Assembly: GCA_002633005.1 (NCBI GenBank)
Contig: NMRA01000620.1
Coordinates: 124,001-188,000, forward strand
Direction: 5' to 3'
DNA: 64,000 bases
DNA from: Phoronis australis
Lineage: Eukaryota; Animalia; Phoronida
Both the position numbers and the translations under genes were made by a program. Below, in pieces: positions 13,900-25,954 of the stretch (within the stretch, counting starts at the first letter, position 1; each line of letters begins with the position of its first letter). Under the pieces are notes generated by a model that worked only from the letters and a program-made list of their open reading frames with translations, made no database searches and was not told where the DNA came from.

Positions 13900-14403
13900 A
13901 GAGGCGTGGAACGCGAAAAATATTTAAAAACATAATTTAAACAATTCCTGACTAAAGTTCTTTCTTGCAACGTCTATTACAGAGTAATTCATTTCCCCCT
14001 GTGAGGAAATTTCCAGAAAAAAATCGTAAAATTAACGATTTTTGAAACACGGTTGCTTCAGAGTTTCTAATCTACCTCCATGAGCTCACAGTCAATTTCT
14101 TGAAGTCGCTTGTAGTCAAAGATCAAACTTTCCATAAGAGGGAAATGTACTGCATCTGTCTTACCACACTAAATAAAGAGATGTGCTTTGCCTTGTGGGA
14201 CAAAATCGACGATGTGGCGTGCAGCTGACACAACGTTTTTTTGAAATTTGAAGCTAAAAGTTAATGCTTTGTTATCGACAGAAATTAAAAACAGTTACGA
14301 ATAAATCCTAAAAACACCTGGTAAGCAGGTTGAATTCTGTTTCAGTGGCAGATAATCACTTTCAATATTGCAATTTAGTCTGTTTGTCGCGTTCTTGGCC
14401 TCT
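13900..14403. mobile_element. Kolobok-like non-autonomous TIR element (~500 bp)
   Basis: Left TTAA|AGAGGCGTGGAACGCGA vs right TCGCGTTCTTGGCCTCT: a 17-bp imperfect inverted pair. The right TTAA is degenerate. Confidence 0.45.
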
Positions 14404-14831
14404 TACAAGTTAGTTGTTATTGCTAACAGTCTACAAAATACAATGTCTGGCTAATGTGTATTTCATCTTTGATAAATCAGTATGCCTTGCCCGAATGGAA
14501 CACAGCGTCATCCCAATCTTTGTTTGAGAGTCTAATCACTCTGATATTTTCAACAAAAGGTGTTCTCAGGAATTTTAAAGGTAGTCCTACACAAATCTTT
14601 GAGAATGACTTGCCGGCACTACTAGTACTCCATCGCCATTGTACTGGAATAATAACAGGAATTCTGGGAATTCTCTAGGGTTCTTGACTGAGCAAATGAA
14701 TCAGTGGTATCAATCTTTCGCACTTCTCCAAACCGACAGACGTAATATTTGGAAAACTCTCTCTTATCAGAAGGGCGTATGACTATTTAAGCGTGCGTAG
14801 GCGTTCTTTTCAACGCCGGGCCGCATGCTCA

Positions 14832-15818
14832 TTAATAAGTCTGACATCCAAGAAAAACCCAAACGAGTTCTGCAAACAAGATGAGCAATGCTAATCTCAA
14901 TGAAGTGCCTAGATTTGGAATTGCTTGTACACTTTCGCGTGTTCCAAACAGGTTCGTGGCTTTGCATAACACACCTTTAGATTTGTTGAAGTTGTCAGGC
15001 AAGGTCAAATTTACAATCCCTTCAACACGTAATTCAGAGGCAAGAGAAGTCGTGAACCCATACGCTTCACCGGTGGGTGAGACAATTGTGATATTCGGTG
15101 CAGGGTCTCCCTCAGAGGAGCAAGATACCACTAACTTGCCTCTAACAACAGTAAAATCGATTTTAGGAACAGACGGCTCTGTGCAAGTCAGGTTGATGTT
15201 TATAAACTTCTCAATTTTCGGACTCGAGAAAAACGGTGTACGACATAACGGTACATCGACTGTATAAGAGCCTTCAACTTCTAAAAAATCTTGCAAATCT
15301 CTCAAGAGACAGTTGCAATGAATAGGATTTTGCGCAATTTTTAACTCTAACCTTTTAGTTAGTGCTTGATCAATGAGCATCTTGGGTAATGCTTGAATTT
15401 GGTTGTAAGAAATTTCCAAAGTGTTCATATTTGGAAGATTTGGTAGAATAATGTTTCCAATTTTTTTTATAAAATTGTTATTCAAGAGCAGCTTACGGAG
15501 TGTGACGAGCGGCTCAAATAATTTTGCTTGAACTTGCTCAATATTGTTGAAACTCAGGTCAAGGTCGAATACACTCCTTAAAGTAGCAAACGCTCTATCG
15601 TCTATTGTGGTAATTGCATTGTGACTTAACGACAGACAACCTAAATTTTGAAGGGAGCCGTTGAATGTGTATCTTGTTATTGTTTTCAGACGGTTATTAT
15701 TGAGCTCCAATTTCGCCAACATTATTAGGTCTTGGAAACAGTTTTCATCAATTTCCTCTATTTCGTTACTTGACAAGTCAGCATTCTTTAATAATCTTAA
15801 ATTACTAAACACACCAAA
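14832..15818 (-). CDS. Intronless LRR (6 repeats)-LRRCT-Ig-transmembrane protein, 5'-truncated; possibly a pseudogene
   Basis: LxxLxLxxN repeats (LKNADLSSN, LAKLELNNN, LGCLSLSHN, VFDLDLSFN, LRKLLLNNN, MNTLEISYN), LRRCT NPIHCNC..C..C, Ig CSSEGDPAPNIT...CKATNLFG, and hydrophobic LRLALLILFAELVWVFL. No signal peptide or LRRNT; the first ~40 codons of the called ORF lie in a tandem repeat. Confidence 0.85.
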   Translation of the reverse strand, partial: FGVFSNLRLLKNADLSSNEIEEIDENCFQDLIMLAKLELNNNRLKTITRYTFNGSLQNLGCLSLSHNAITTIDDRAFATLRSVFDLDLSFNNIEQVQAKLFEPLVTLRKLLLNNNFIKKIGNIILPNLPNMNTLEISYNQIQALPKMLIDQALTKRLELKIAQNPIHCNCLLRDLQDFLEVEGSYTVDVPLCRTPFFSSPKIEKFININLTCTEPSVPKIDFTVVRGKLVVSCSSEGDPAPNITIVSPTGEAYGFTTSLASELRVEGIVNLTLPDNFNKSKGVLCKATNLFGTRESVQAIPNLGTSLRLALLILFAELVWVFLGCQTY

Positions 15819-16410
15819 GCGAATTTGATTATTGGCCCCAGTCATGCTAGCTTTTTGCTTCTCACAGTTAACCAAGTTAAAGACCATGTGTTTTGTCTTC
15901 AAGATTTTATTAGACATGATGAATATATACTTTTCCAACTTTTGAAGATGTGCTCCACAAATTGTAGATTTTGAAGGCGATTTTGTTTTGAGTATGTACT
16001 AAAATTTTTCGAATTTCATTATCGGCCTCAGTGATGTTAGTTTTTTGGCTCTCAAAGGTAATCAAGTTAAGGAACGTGTGTTTTTGCATTAAAGATTTTC
16101 ATTAGACATGATGAATATGTACTTTACCAACTTTTGCAGATGTGCACCAAAAGTTGTAGATTTTGAAGGCGATTCTGTTTTTAGTGTGTACTAAAATTTG
16201 TGCGAATTTTATTATTGGCTTCAGTCATGCTAGCTTTTTGCTTTTCACTGTTAACTAAGCTAATGACCATGTGTTTTTGTCTTCAAGATTTTCATTAGAC
16301 ATGATGAATATGTAGTGTACCAACTTACGCTGATGTGCTCCAAAAATTGTAGATTTTGAAGGCGATTTTGGTTTGAGTATGTAGTAAAGTTAGTGCGAAT
16401 TTCATTAATA
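15819..16410. repeat. ~192-bp tandem repeat, about 3 units (A-B-A variants)
   Basis: Anchor ATTAGACATGATGAATA at ~15909, 16101 and 16294. The same family occurs at 35210-35764. Confidence 0.85.
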
Positions 16411-19134
16411 GTATACCCATTGGGATTAGTGATCATAATCTTGTATTCACAGCGTATAAGACTTGTCGCCCTAGGTTTCCGCCATGTATCATTACCAAGC
16501 GTTCATATCGCACCTTCGATAACGAAGACTTTCTCAGAGATCTACAGGCGATTGATTGGGGCGCCGTTACCACCGCTGTTGACCCCGATGCCGCTCGGAC
16601 GATTTTCAAGCAAAGTTTCATTAGAGTAATTAATAATCATGCCCCCGTAATCCAATTGAAATTAAAGGGCAAATCACCCGAGTGGCATAATGATAATCTC
16701 ATAGCTCTCTCTCGCAAGAGAGATTACCTGAAGCGAATAGCTCAGCGTACTCGAAATTCATCTGACTGGGGTATCCTTAAGAAAGCTAGAAATAAGGTAA
16801 ACAATGCTCTTAAATGGGATAAGGCCGAGTATTACGACCAAGTTATTAATGAAAACAAATCTAACGGGAAAACTCTCTAGAAAATCATTAAATCAATTTT
16901 ACCTAACAAGTCCAAGTCTGTCGCAAGTGAATTTAGAATTGGAAACGATTTTGTTTNCTTAAGAAAGCTAGAAATAAGGTAAACAATGCTCTTAAACGGG
17001 ATAAGGCCGAGTATTACGACCAAGTTATTAATGGAAACAAATCTAACGGGAAAACTCTCTGGAAAATCATAAAATCAATTTTACCTAACAAGTCCAAGTC
17101 TGTCGCAAATGAATTTAGAATTGGAAACAATTTTGTTTCGGACAAAAGGAAAATAGCAAATGCATTTAATGACTTTTTTTACTGGCATCGGCCAAAAACT
17201 TGCTGAGAATTTCACTATGTCAACTATTGAGCTCCCACCCAAGACACAAGAGGAAATATCATTTAAGTTTCAAGACATTCAAGTTGACTACGTCCGAGAA
17301 CAAATAAAAACTTTGAACTCTAGTAGTGCCAGTGGCATCGATAGCATTGATGCCAAACTATTAAAACTGGCGTCTCAACAAATAGCTGAGCCCCTTACCA
17401 ACATCATTAATTTAAGTTTAAAAACGGCCACAATTCCTAGAGAATGGAAGATGGCAGTTGTTGCTCCTGTTTTTAAAGATGGTGAAAAGTCAAGTTGCGA
17501 AAATTATAGACCAATATCGGTCCTCCCTGCAGTGTCCAAAATTCTTGAAAGGTGTGTTCAAAAGCAGCTTCACCAGTTCCTGGAGCAAAATTCCCTTCTC
17601 TCGGCAGCATAGTCTGGTTTCCGCCCCTTGCATTCCACTCTTACTACAAACATTCATGCTACTGAGTTTATCTTTAATAATATGAATCAGGGGAGGCTAA
17701 CTGGTGCTGTCTTTGTTGACCTTAAGAAAGCCTTTGACACTGTGGACCATGGTATCCTATTGCAGAAACTAGAGTCATATGGAGTTAATGATAACGAACT
17801 CCTTTGGTTTAGAAACTACTTATACGACCGTAAACAGGCCACCAAATACGGTGGTATACTTTCTGACTACTCAACCGTAATCACGGGGGTACCTCAGGGT
17901 TCCATTTTGGGCCCTCTATTATTCACTATTTTTGTTAACGACCTCCCTACTGTCCTCCACAACAGTGTCCCAGTTTTATACGCTGATGACACTGCAATTA
18001 TGTCCACAGCTGGATCGGTTAAAGAACTCGAAACTTCTCTCAACGATGAGCTAGCCCTTTTCCTTGACTGGCTGATTCAAAATAAACTCACTCTTAACGT
18101 TAGTAAAACCAAGTCGATGCTGTTTGGAACCCACCAGAAATTAAAGCAACAAAAACTATCCCTTTCTATCAACGGTTCTCCCATCGAGAATGTTGACAAG
18201 TTTAAGTACTTGGGCCTTATTTTAGATCCCAATCTTAAATTTAATATGCACATAGATCATATCACAAAGAAATTATCTAAGAAAATCGGTGTACTTAAAC
18301 GTCTAGGCAAATTTCTTAATGTCCGTACCCTTAAGACCCTTTACCATTGTATTATTCAGCCTCATATTGATTATTGTTTACCGGTTTGGGGGCACACTAG
18401 TGACACACTTGTAAACAAAGTCCAAGTAATCCAAAATAGAGCCGCCAGGGCTATCCTGGGTACTAAAATTAGGGACACTAGGGTTGACGACTTGTACTCC
18501 AAGCTGGGATTTATGAAAGTAAGACAAAGAAATAAATATCTCTCTGCCTGTTGTATATACAGATGTATCAATGGCTTGGCTCCAGCATATCTCAGCAGTA
18601 AATTCAATAGCAGTTTAGGCTGTATATTCTACACGTTCTTCTGTTGCTGGCAATGTTTCTTCTAAAAAATTAAAACCGAGACGGGCAAGAGATCTTTTAT
18701 CTATGCAGCTGCTATAATATGGAATTCTTTTTGCCCAGAAATTAAACGGTCCAATTCAATTACTACCTTTAAAGTTAATGTTAAAAAGTGGCTGTAATTT
18801 ACTTAACCTTTTATACCCTGCCTGTCTTAATCATGTCTCATGTCATTTTTTCATTGTCGTAAATACTCTCATTGTCTAGAGTCATCTCTTAATTTATTTC
18901 ATCTGTCTTAGTTAAATTTTACCATTTTTTACCATTATTTGTCATTTAGTTATTGTCTTTATTCTCAACCGTACCTTTTTAATTGTATCTTTGTTACGTA
19001 TATTTCATTGTTGTTTTATTACTTCATTGTATTATATTACTGTTTTTCTTGTTGAGGGCCCTCTTGGAAAGCAGTGCTATCACTATAGAGGCCACCCTCA
19101 TTTTAAATATCACAATAATAAATAAATAAATAAA
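16410..19134 (+). mobile_element. 5'-truncated CR1/L2-group LINE; ORF2 with end of APE, RT and 3' UTR; disabled
   Basis: GISDHNLVF (APE end), NYRPISVLPAVSKILE, FVDLKKAFDTVDH, GVPQGSILGPLLF, YADD, FKYLG. Stop at 17610 and frameshifts near 17178 and 18620. 3' stem GAGGG..CCCTC followed by an (AATA)n tail ending at 19134. Confidence 0.95.
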
Positions 19135-19663
19135 TTTTTTCCCACCTTCCATCCTTGGAGTGTGTTAAAAAGAATTTTCCCATACATTACCCGTTGGGCC
19201 TTTTTCAAGTTTTTGTTGGTTATCTTTTCTTTTTACAGTTTCTTTAGGCCCTTCAGGCAGTTTTTAAGTTTATTGCTTTGGTTTCACCATTATGGACAAT
19301 TCATTGTACAGGCTGGTAACATTTTTTCATGCTCATCTTGCAGTTCTGCTACTTACATGATAATAAATGACATNTTTTAAATATCACAATAATAAATAAA
19401 TAAATAAATAAATTTTTTCCCACCTTCCATCCTTGGAGTGTGTTAAAAAAATTTTCCCATACATTACCTGTTGGGCCTTTTTCAAGTTTTTGTTGGTTAT
19501 CTTTTCTTTTTAGATTCTTTAGGTCCTTCAGGCAGTTTTTAAGTTTATTGTTTTGGTTTCACCATTATGGGCAATTCATTGTACATGCTGGTAACATTTT
19601 TTCCATGCTCATCTTGCAGTTCTGCTACTTACATGATAATAAATGACATTATTTGCAATACTC

Positions 19664-19749
19664 TTTTTTATATACAAACAATTTATTTCTAAATATATTA
19701 AGATTTACAACAATGAGTTATATGGAAACGAAACACGCAACCAAACACT

Positions 19750-19789
<40 letters not shown>

Positions 19790-20073
19790 CTCACACACAC
19801 ACTCACGCACATACTTAAATAATACAACTTCACGATTGATCTAATCTAAATAAGTATTGAGAGTTCCCAAAAGGCAGTTTTACAGGGTTGTATGTTTCTT
19901 ACTTTACAATAATTATTCAAGAACCATTGAAATTGTGAATATCTAGGGATAATTTGGACTCTAGAGCATTTATGAACAAAATACTGACATATAGTTAATA
20001 TGGTCTTAATATCTTCAAAATTACATCTAAAATATACTGTCAAAATAACATTTTTAAATTGTGTAATCCTCAT
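19664..20073 (-). mobile_element. 3' fragment of a Tx1/L1-clade LINE
   Basis: ILTICQYFVHKCSRVQIIPRYSQFQWFLNNYCKV...W resembles the L1/Tx1 ORF2 C-terminus. The 3' UTR contains (TG)n, AATAAA and a short A tail. Confidence 0.5.
19753..19811. repeat. (CA)n microsatellite, imperfect at the 3' end
   Basis: Direct reading of the ACACAC... tract. Confidence 0.95.
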
Positions 20074-21204
20074 CTTGTTTTACTTTGCAACATAGCTCAT
20101 GTCGTACCCGGGCAAAATAGATTACGATAACTAGGCGGAGGAGTGATGTAGAAGTTTTTTGTAAAAAAAGCTCACTACAAGGGAGCTGTTTTTGTAAATT
20201 TAGATGTAAAAGCCTTGGTTTACACATTGTATGGGGGGTTACTGGTGAAATGTGGGGATAACGCGTCATTGGAATCATGGACGCCCTGGAATTTTGGGAA
20301 CCCAATTTGGACACCCTATTTTCGAAATCCTCATGTTTTTAAAATAGCGTTCCTAAGACTTTTAAGTTACTGTGGAGTCAGGATTAACTGCATATTAAGT
20401 CCAAATCTGCGCTAGATCATACTCCGCAACACAAGAAAAATCTCTGGACAAACACACGTTGTCACGTGATGTTTGATATGAGGTTCATCTGCGTATTGTG
20501 TNTCCTCATGTTTTCAAAATAGCGTTCCTAAGACTTTTAAGTTACTGTGGAGTCGGGATTAACTGCATATTAAGTCCAAATCTGCGCTAGATCATACTCC
20601 GCAACACAAGAAAAATCTCTGGACAAACACACGTTGTCACGTGATGTTTGATATGAAGTTCATCTGCGTATTGTGTGAGTGAGCAAACACATGCGTGTCA
20701 TCACAGTTCATTTGCCAGAGTAAACACCATGTAATTATCTAGGTGTGCCTTGTCACTAAGAAAATTAAGACGGGCATTAAAGCAGAATGTGTTTTATTTA
20801 GCACTTGCTGATCTCATCTGCTAAAAACGTTCGAGAACTATCTCGACAAGGTCAATGTCATTGAGTCGCTGGGTGACTGGATGTGTGACAGTCTAACAGT
20901 TATTTTTAGGGAGTGCAAGGGTGCAGTAGTGTTCACTATCAGTGGGTCATTTTGACTTTAAAAACACCAATTACCACTAATTTAAAAATTTCCTCTTGAA
21001 AATAACGCAAATGTTTTTTAGGGTATTACTAAATTTTGGAAATAAATGCCAGAATTTTTATTTCTTGTCGATGCTATGTTACCTGTTTCATGAATAGATA
21101 GTTCCTGAACAAAATAATCTTCGATGTTAGGTATTTGAATGTAGCGCGCGCTTTCTGGCCACGTGCTTTTAACTGAACAAAGATCAAGTTTTTATTAGTC
21201 TTTG

Positions 21205-21509
21205 ATTCGCAATTTTCACGTGTTCAAAAAATTTAGATTTCTGTTGAGCGAGAAGATCTGTACGGGATGGATAAAATACAATCCCTTTGACAAGTACGCT
21301 GCATCTGTTCTGAAAGGCCAGACCATAATAGGACATGTCCCTTGCATGATCAGCAAAACTTGCGTTCTTTTTGAAGCAAGGTGGAAATTTAGTGTATAGT
21401 CACGGCCAAATACTGGCATTGCGGCGAGGCTCCTGGTCTACAAATTCCACGCACAATGATTTTTTCAGGACTGTCAGATCGTATTGATAAATTGAAGACA
21501 TTACTGTAA
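21205..21509 (+). pseudogene. HIRAN-like domain gene, frameshifted; transposon cargo
   Basis: IRNFHVFK...NPFDKYAASVLKGQTIIGHVPCMISKTC..FLKQGG..IVTAK...GLQIPRTMIFSG...IDKLKTLL* matches the invertebrate HIRAN-like pattern (RGFHVY; NxxDxYAV; GHVP; GLEIPC). Confidence 0.7.
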
Positions 21510-21519
21510 AAATTTAGAA

Positions 21520-21640
21520 CTGTAGGCAAGGCATTTTTCACATGTACATGGCGTTCATTGAGCAGGCGCTTGTTTAAGCAAAGTCTGAAAACGCTTGAGG
21601 GCACTTATAGGGGCATGGGCGCTTATTAGTGTGAACATGG
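21520..21640 (+). mobile_element. Terminus of a pogo/Tigger-like element, downstream of the HIRAN gene
   Basis: Ends GGGCGCTTATTAGTGTGAACATGG|TA. Aligns over ~100 bp with the reverse complement of 29081-29180. Confidence 0.65.
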
Positions 21641-23115
21641 TAAGTGGCTTGTGGTGTAGCATAGATATTGCAAATGTTTGAGTTAACGTCCTGGGGGGTT
21701 AAATTGGAACCCAAAAATTGGGGGATGGGCGGTCAACCAGACATGGATGCTTAAACGTGAAATTTCAAGAAATCGTTGGTGGGCGGTTAACTGGACATGG
21801 GCGCTTATTACAACAGACAACCGCCCTTGGCAGTTAATCTTACCTCATGATCTGAGTCCCCACACAGTACACGTACTCGGAACGCTTAGCACTTTTCAAA
21901 GAGCTTTATCATCACATTGCTAAATGACGGTAAAATTGTCATAATAGCGGATGATCCCAACAAAGGTTCTGTTGCCCTCAGATTAGTCATTCACAATTAA
22001 ATTTTATTTGCTGAGTAGCCTAATACCTCCGTGCAGTCCTGTGGTCTTTTCAATTTGTAAGAGCTGCTACTGCGCAGATGACCAATGACCACGCAGTGCT
22101 CCACTTGGATTGCATCTATTCTCACGCGGTGACACTGCAGAAATGCGCGTGTGCAAGCTTCAAGTGTTGCAGAGGTCACAACAGCCATCAAATTTATGGT
22201 TACAGTCCCGTGCTAGATGTCAAGTTCTGAGTCAGAGAACAGGTTTAAAATTAGTTGTAATAAAAGTTTGAAATTTAAACTACTTCCGGGGTTTTTGTGT
22301 TTGTGATGTTTATGTTAAAGAATGCGTGACTCAATGACCTTTTCAACGTATGGTTTTGCCTAGCTGTTTTATCACAACCCCCGAGAAAAAATTAGTTCGT
22401 ACACATATCTGCGTCATAAAAAGTAATTCGTGGACAAAGCCTCAATTATTCGGGTAACCAGCACCCGTGATTTGCATGGCTATAAGACTAAATTAGTGAA
22501 GAGCTCCAACCAGGAATGCATCCTTACCGAATCAATATTGTTGCAACCAGGACTCCGTGCTTGGCATAACGAGCTGCAGGTCACATTAGCAAACCTGAAA
22601 TTTGGAAATGTGACCCGAGATTATGGTCATCTTGTATCTAGTCGCAACATGCAACCTGGAATTTCCAACATATGCGAGCCGATTTTTGTCGCGTGAACAT
22701 ATAATTCAGAACCTACCTTTGACACATTTCTTTGGTTAACTTTTTGGCTACTTTTGCAATTTTTCAGAAATGCCGAAAGAAAATTTCGAACCACAACATA
22801 TATATGTGATAAAACGTCACAAAACAGCGATGTTTCTATTCCTTCACAAACAATCAACTTAAACTTTTTGATGGAAAAACATGTATTTTAAATGCAAGAT
22901 GTCCACATTATTCCATTATAATGCCACCTACAATATCGCACTGCAACACTGGTCGGTCCCACTGTTTGCGCGCAATGTCCCGGCACACAATCGTGACTTG
23001 GAAATGCCGTCAGGCAATATAACAGCCTTTTTCAATATTTGTCTAGTTTTTTATGGCAAAACCCAGCAGCGGGATTCAGCATGCGCTTACGCATGAGTCA
23101 CCAGTCACTCACATA

Positions 23116-24600
23116 TTTTTTTTTATTTTTATACTTCCAGTTCAACATAAGTAAGGACAAATCTCTGGGGTTCCCTTGCCTAACTTTACAATTCAACGAA
23201 ATTAAAGTTTACTAAGTTAAGTGTATACTTGAACCGGACTTTATAAATACAATTACAAAAGAGAAACACAGACAGTGTAGTAGTATATGGCTCTGAAAAG
23301 GGGAGATAGTATTTTGAAATGATTAAATAATCCTTACATTGCTATTAAATAATGCATTTGTGACCACCTGTTTGTAAATTTTTCCATTTGTAAATTTTTT
23401 GAATAAATATATTTTTCACAGGAGTAATAACTCTTAATTTCTTTTATTAATATAATTAAATTTGGAGGTTTACCATTCTACGTCAGTTTCCAAAGAAAAC
23501 TGTAAGTACATTTGTGCTCAGGGAGACATTGTTTTTTTTTCTAACCCAGTCTTCAACATTGTTCCAAAAATTTTGAACAACATCACATTGCCAGTATAAG
23601 TGAAGCAAAGTCTCAGTTTCACTCTCACAAAACGTATGCAAGGGGGAGTTACTGACCCCAATTTTGACAAGATAAGAGTTACAGCTGATTATCCTATTTC
23701 ACAGTCTAAATTGAAACCAACGAAGTTTTACATCAAGTGTAAAGTTCACAAAGTAGGCATTTTTCCACCATTCAATAGTGTCTGGTAGAGCAAGTTCTGC
23801 CTTCCATCTCATCTCAGACCTAGGCCTAGAATATTTGTTTAGCACAAAAGTGTTGTACATATATATTTTGTACCCTTTTTGTCTGCAAGTAATAATTTCA
23901 CAAAAATTGGGATAAAGGGTGCATAGAAGGAAAACTAATTGAGATTTTCCATTTTTGACAAACAGCCTCTTTGAGCCCATAAAAAATCACAAACATTGGT
24001 CTAAAATTGAACTTTTTGCAAAAATCTTCAAAAGATAACAAATATCCATGCTCGTCCAGTAGGTCTGAGATATAATAAATACCCTTTTCAAACCATCTTC
24101 TCCAAAACACAGTTTCTCTACCAATCAATACATTAGTGTTATACCAAATTGGCTCATATATGGTATTTCCTCGCGATATATTATATAAGAAAAATCATAC
24201 AGAAAGTTAAATAGTTCCTTCCAAAAAGGGTTCTCAGTTTGATAAGCGGCATATTTGTAGAAATAGTTCCCAAATTTTAGACACTCCAACGATATCAAAT
24301 CAGTGTTTAAGAGGAGACTTAATCATGCTGTAGAATTTGTGGCTTTCAAGATCCTACCCATCCATGTTATCTTAATTGCCTTTACAAAAGAGTAAACATC
24401 TATCATTTTACAACCACCAGATTCATAATGTTGAATCATGGTTTTGCAATTAATTCTGTCACACTTTAATCCCCAAATATAATTAAACAACAGTTTTTCT
24501 AAATCTTTACGGAACAGATTGTTGGGGATTGGCAAATATGACAAAACATGGATCAGTTTTGGGAGAAGAAATTATTTGACCACAGTAACTTTACCTACCC
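23116..24600 (-). mobile_element. Tx1/L1-clade LINE, 5'-truncated 3' part of ORF2 with poly(A)
   Basis: GKVTVVK*FLLPKLIHVLSYLP, FNYIWG..GGCKMID..KAIKITW, WFEKGIYYISDL, and the zinc finger C..C...ETLLHLYWQCDVVQNFW. Poly(T) on the + strand at 23116-23130. Confidence 0.9.
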
Positions 24601-25239
24601 TCTGACACAGTGCCACCTATACTGCAAAATGGCCCTGTGGAAACATGATGAACGACACACGGAATTCCGTGTGTGGGCATCAATGCGCATGCCTTGGTCT
24701 TACTTCCGATGTAAACAAAATGGTTCACTGTGTGCGTGAAAAGGTACTGGGTATATTGCTTTGTGTTCTGTTGCACTGGAATAATAATCATTTTGATGGA
24801 GTGCATTTGGACTCATCCTGAATCTAATTTACTGATTTTAGACGTTTTATGTTCACGTTAGTTGTATAAAGTTCGAAATTGTGAACTTTCTAAGTCGTCA
24901 TAGTTGAGTCTGGGACTGGCGCCAAGCCGGCTAGTAAGCCAAGTCCAAGCGCGAGCCTGTTAGGTAGCCCTAAAATACCTTGGTAAGCGCCTGTGGTGCC
25001 AAGCTGATTAGCCTTGCCTTTTTATTGTCTTCTGTGTTTACAGCCTTCACTACAACTTTGTCAGAGTGTTTTTAGGTATTTGATGTGATCAATTGTTACT
25101 TTGTCTAATATCAGGTTAGATACTGAGATAGTGTTTGTGTGAGCCAGAGGCTGAAGACTGTGCTTGTGTTTGATAAGTTGTTAAGATACAGTTCAAACTT
25201 TTCAGGTGATCAAGGCATGTCAAGTAGGCTAATACACTT

Positions 25240-25954
25240 GTGAAGACTCAGAGTCGATCTTGCTGTGTCTGCAACTGTCCACTCACCAAGGGACATTTTT
25301 CTATTATTGAAACATTTAGCATTTTGGTGGTGTCAATATTTTTGAGGGGATTATCTGCATAAATTGTGAAAGACTCTTACAGACGATTCACACCAAAGTG
25401 ACTCATTTCAAATCAATAATTAAACAAACTCAGAAGTTGTGCAGACCCAAACGTTGTGCAGTGGAGAGCCCAACTCTACCCTCGGCCACATCTGAAGTTA
25501 GAGGTGACCAGCGCAGAGAAACCCGTCGCAAACTTTTTGAGCTCCAGCCAGCATCAGCTGTTCAACAAGTACAGAAACGCGCACCAGCTGATGAGAATAT
25601 TTGCATTGATTTAGCACTGAACACTTCTCGAAATCTGCAAGTGCATCTTCGTCTGAAAAGAAGGTTGTTGAAAGAGCTTCTAGTATTTTGAACTATGAAG
25701 AACTCGAATATGCCATTACAGAACAACGTATGAAGGAAAATGATACTATAGCAGAATCCATAACTGGCTCAAAGCATGGATATATTTCTCATTTGCAAGT
25801 AAAGAACAAAAACTCTTATGACACGTTATTCCAGTTTGACTGGACCATCATTGTCAATGAGATGAAACTTAAATTTCCGGTGTTGTTCTCCCTTATTGTA
25901 GGGGTTATGTTAACTCCTGACAATAGGTCAAGCGGAAAGAAGGTAGATAGCATA
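25240..25954 (+). pseudogene. Decayed DNA-transposon protein N-terminus (Academ/DUF6589-associated-like)
   Basis: ICINCERLL...KRC..SP...RRKLF, then SYDTLFQFDWTIIVNEMKLKFPVLFSLI (LxxFxWxxxxxExxxxxPxL). Frameshifted and cut off at ~25955. Confidence 0.4.

Noticed and set aside
14420-14830. TIR domain after the LRR TM (Toll-like receptor)
   Set aside because: No open frame or TIR box motifs were seen downstream on the minus strand.
14881-15267. 128-aa + strand ORF
   Set aside because: Antisense shadow of the LRR-Ig coding sequence.
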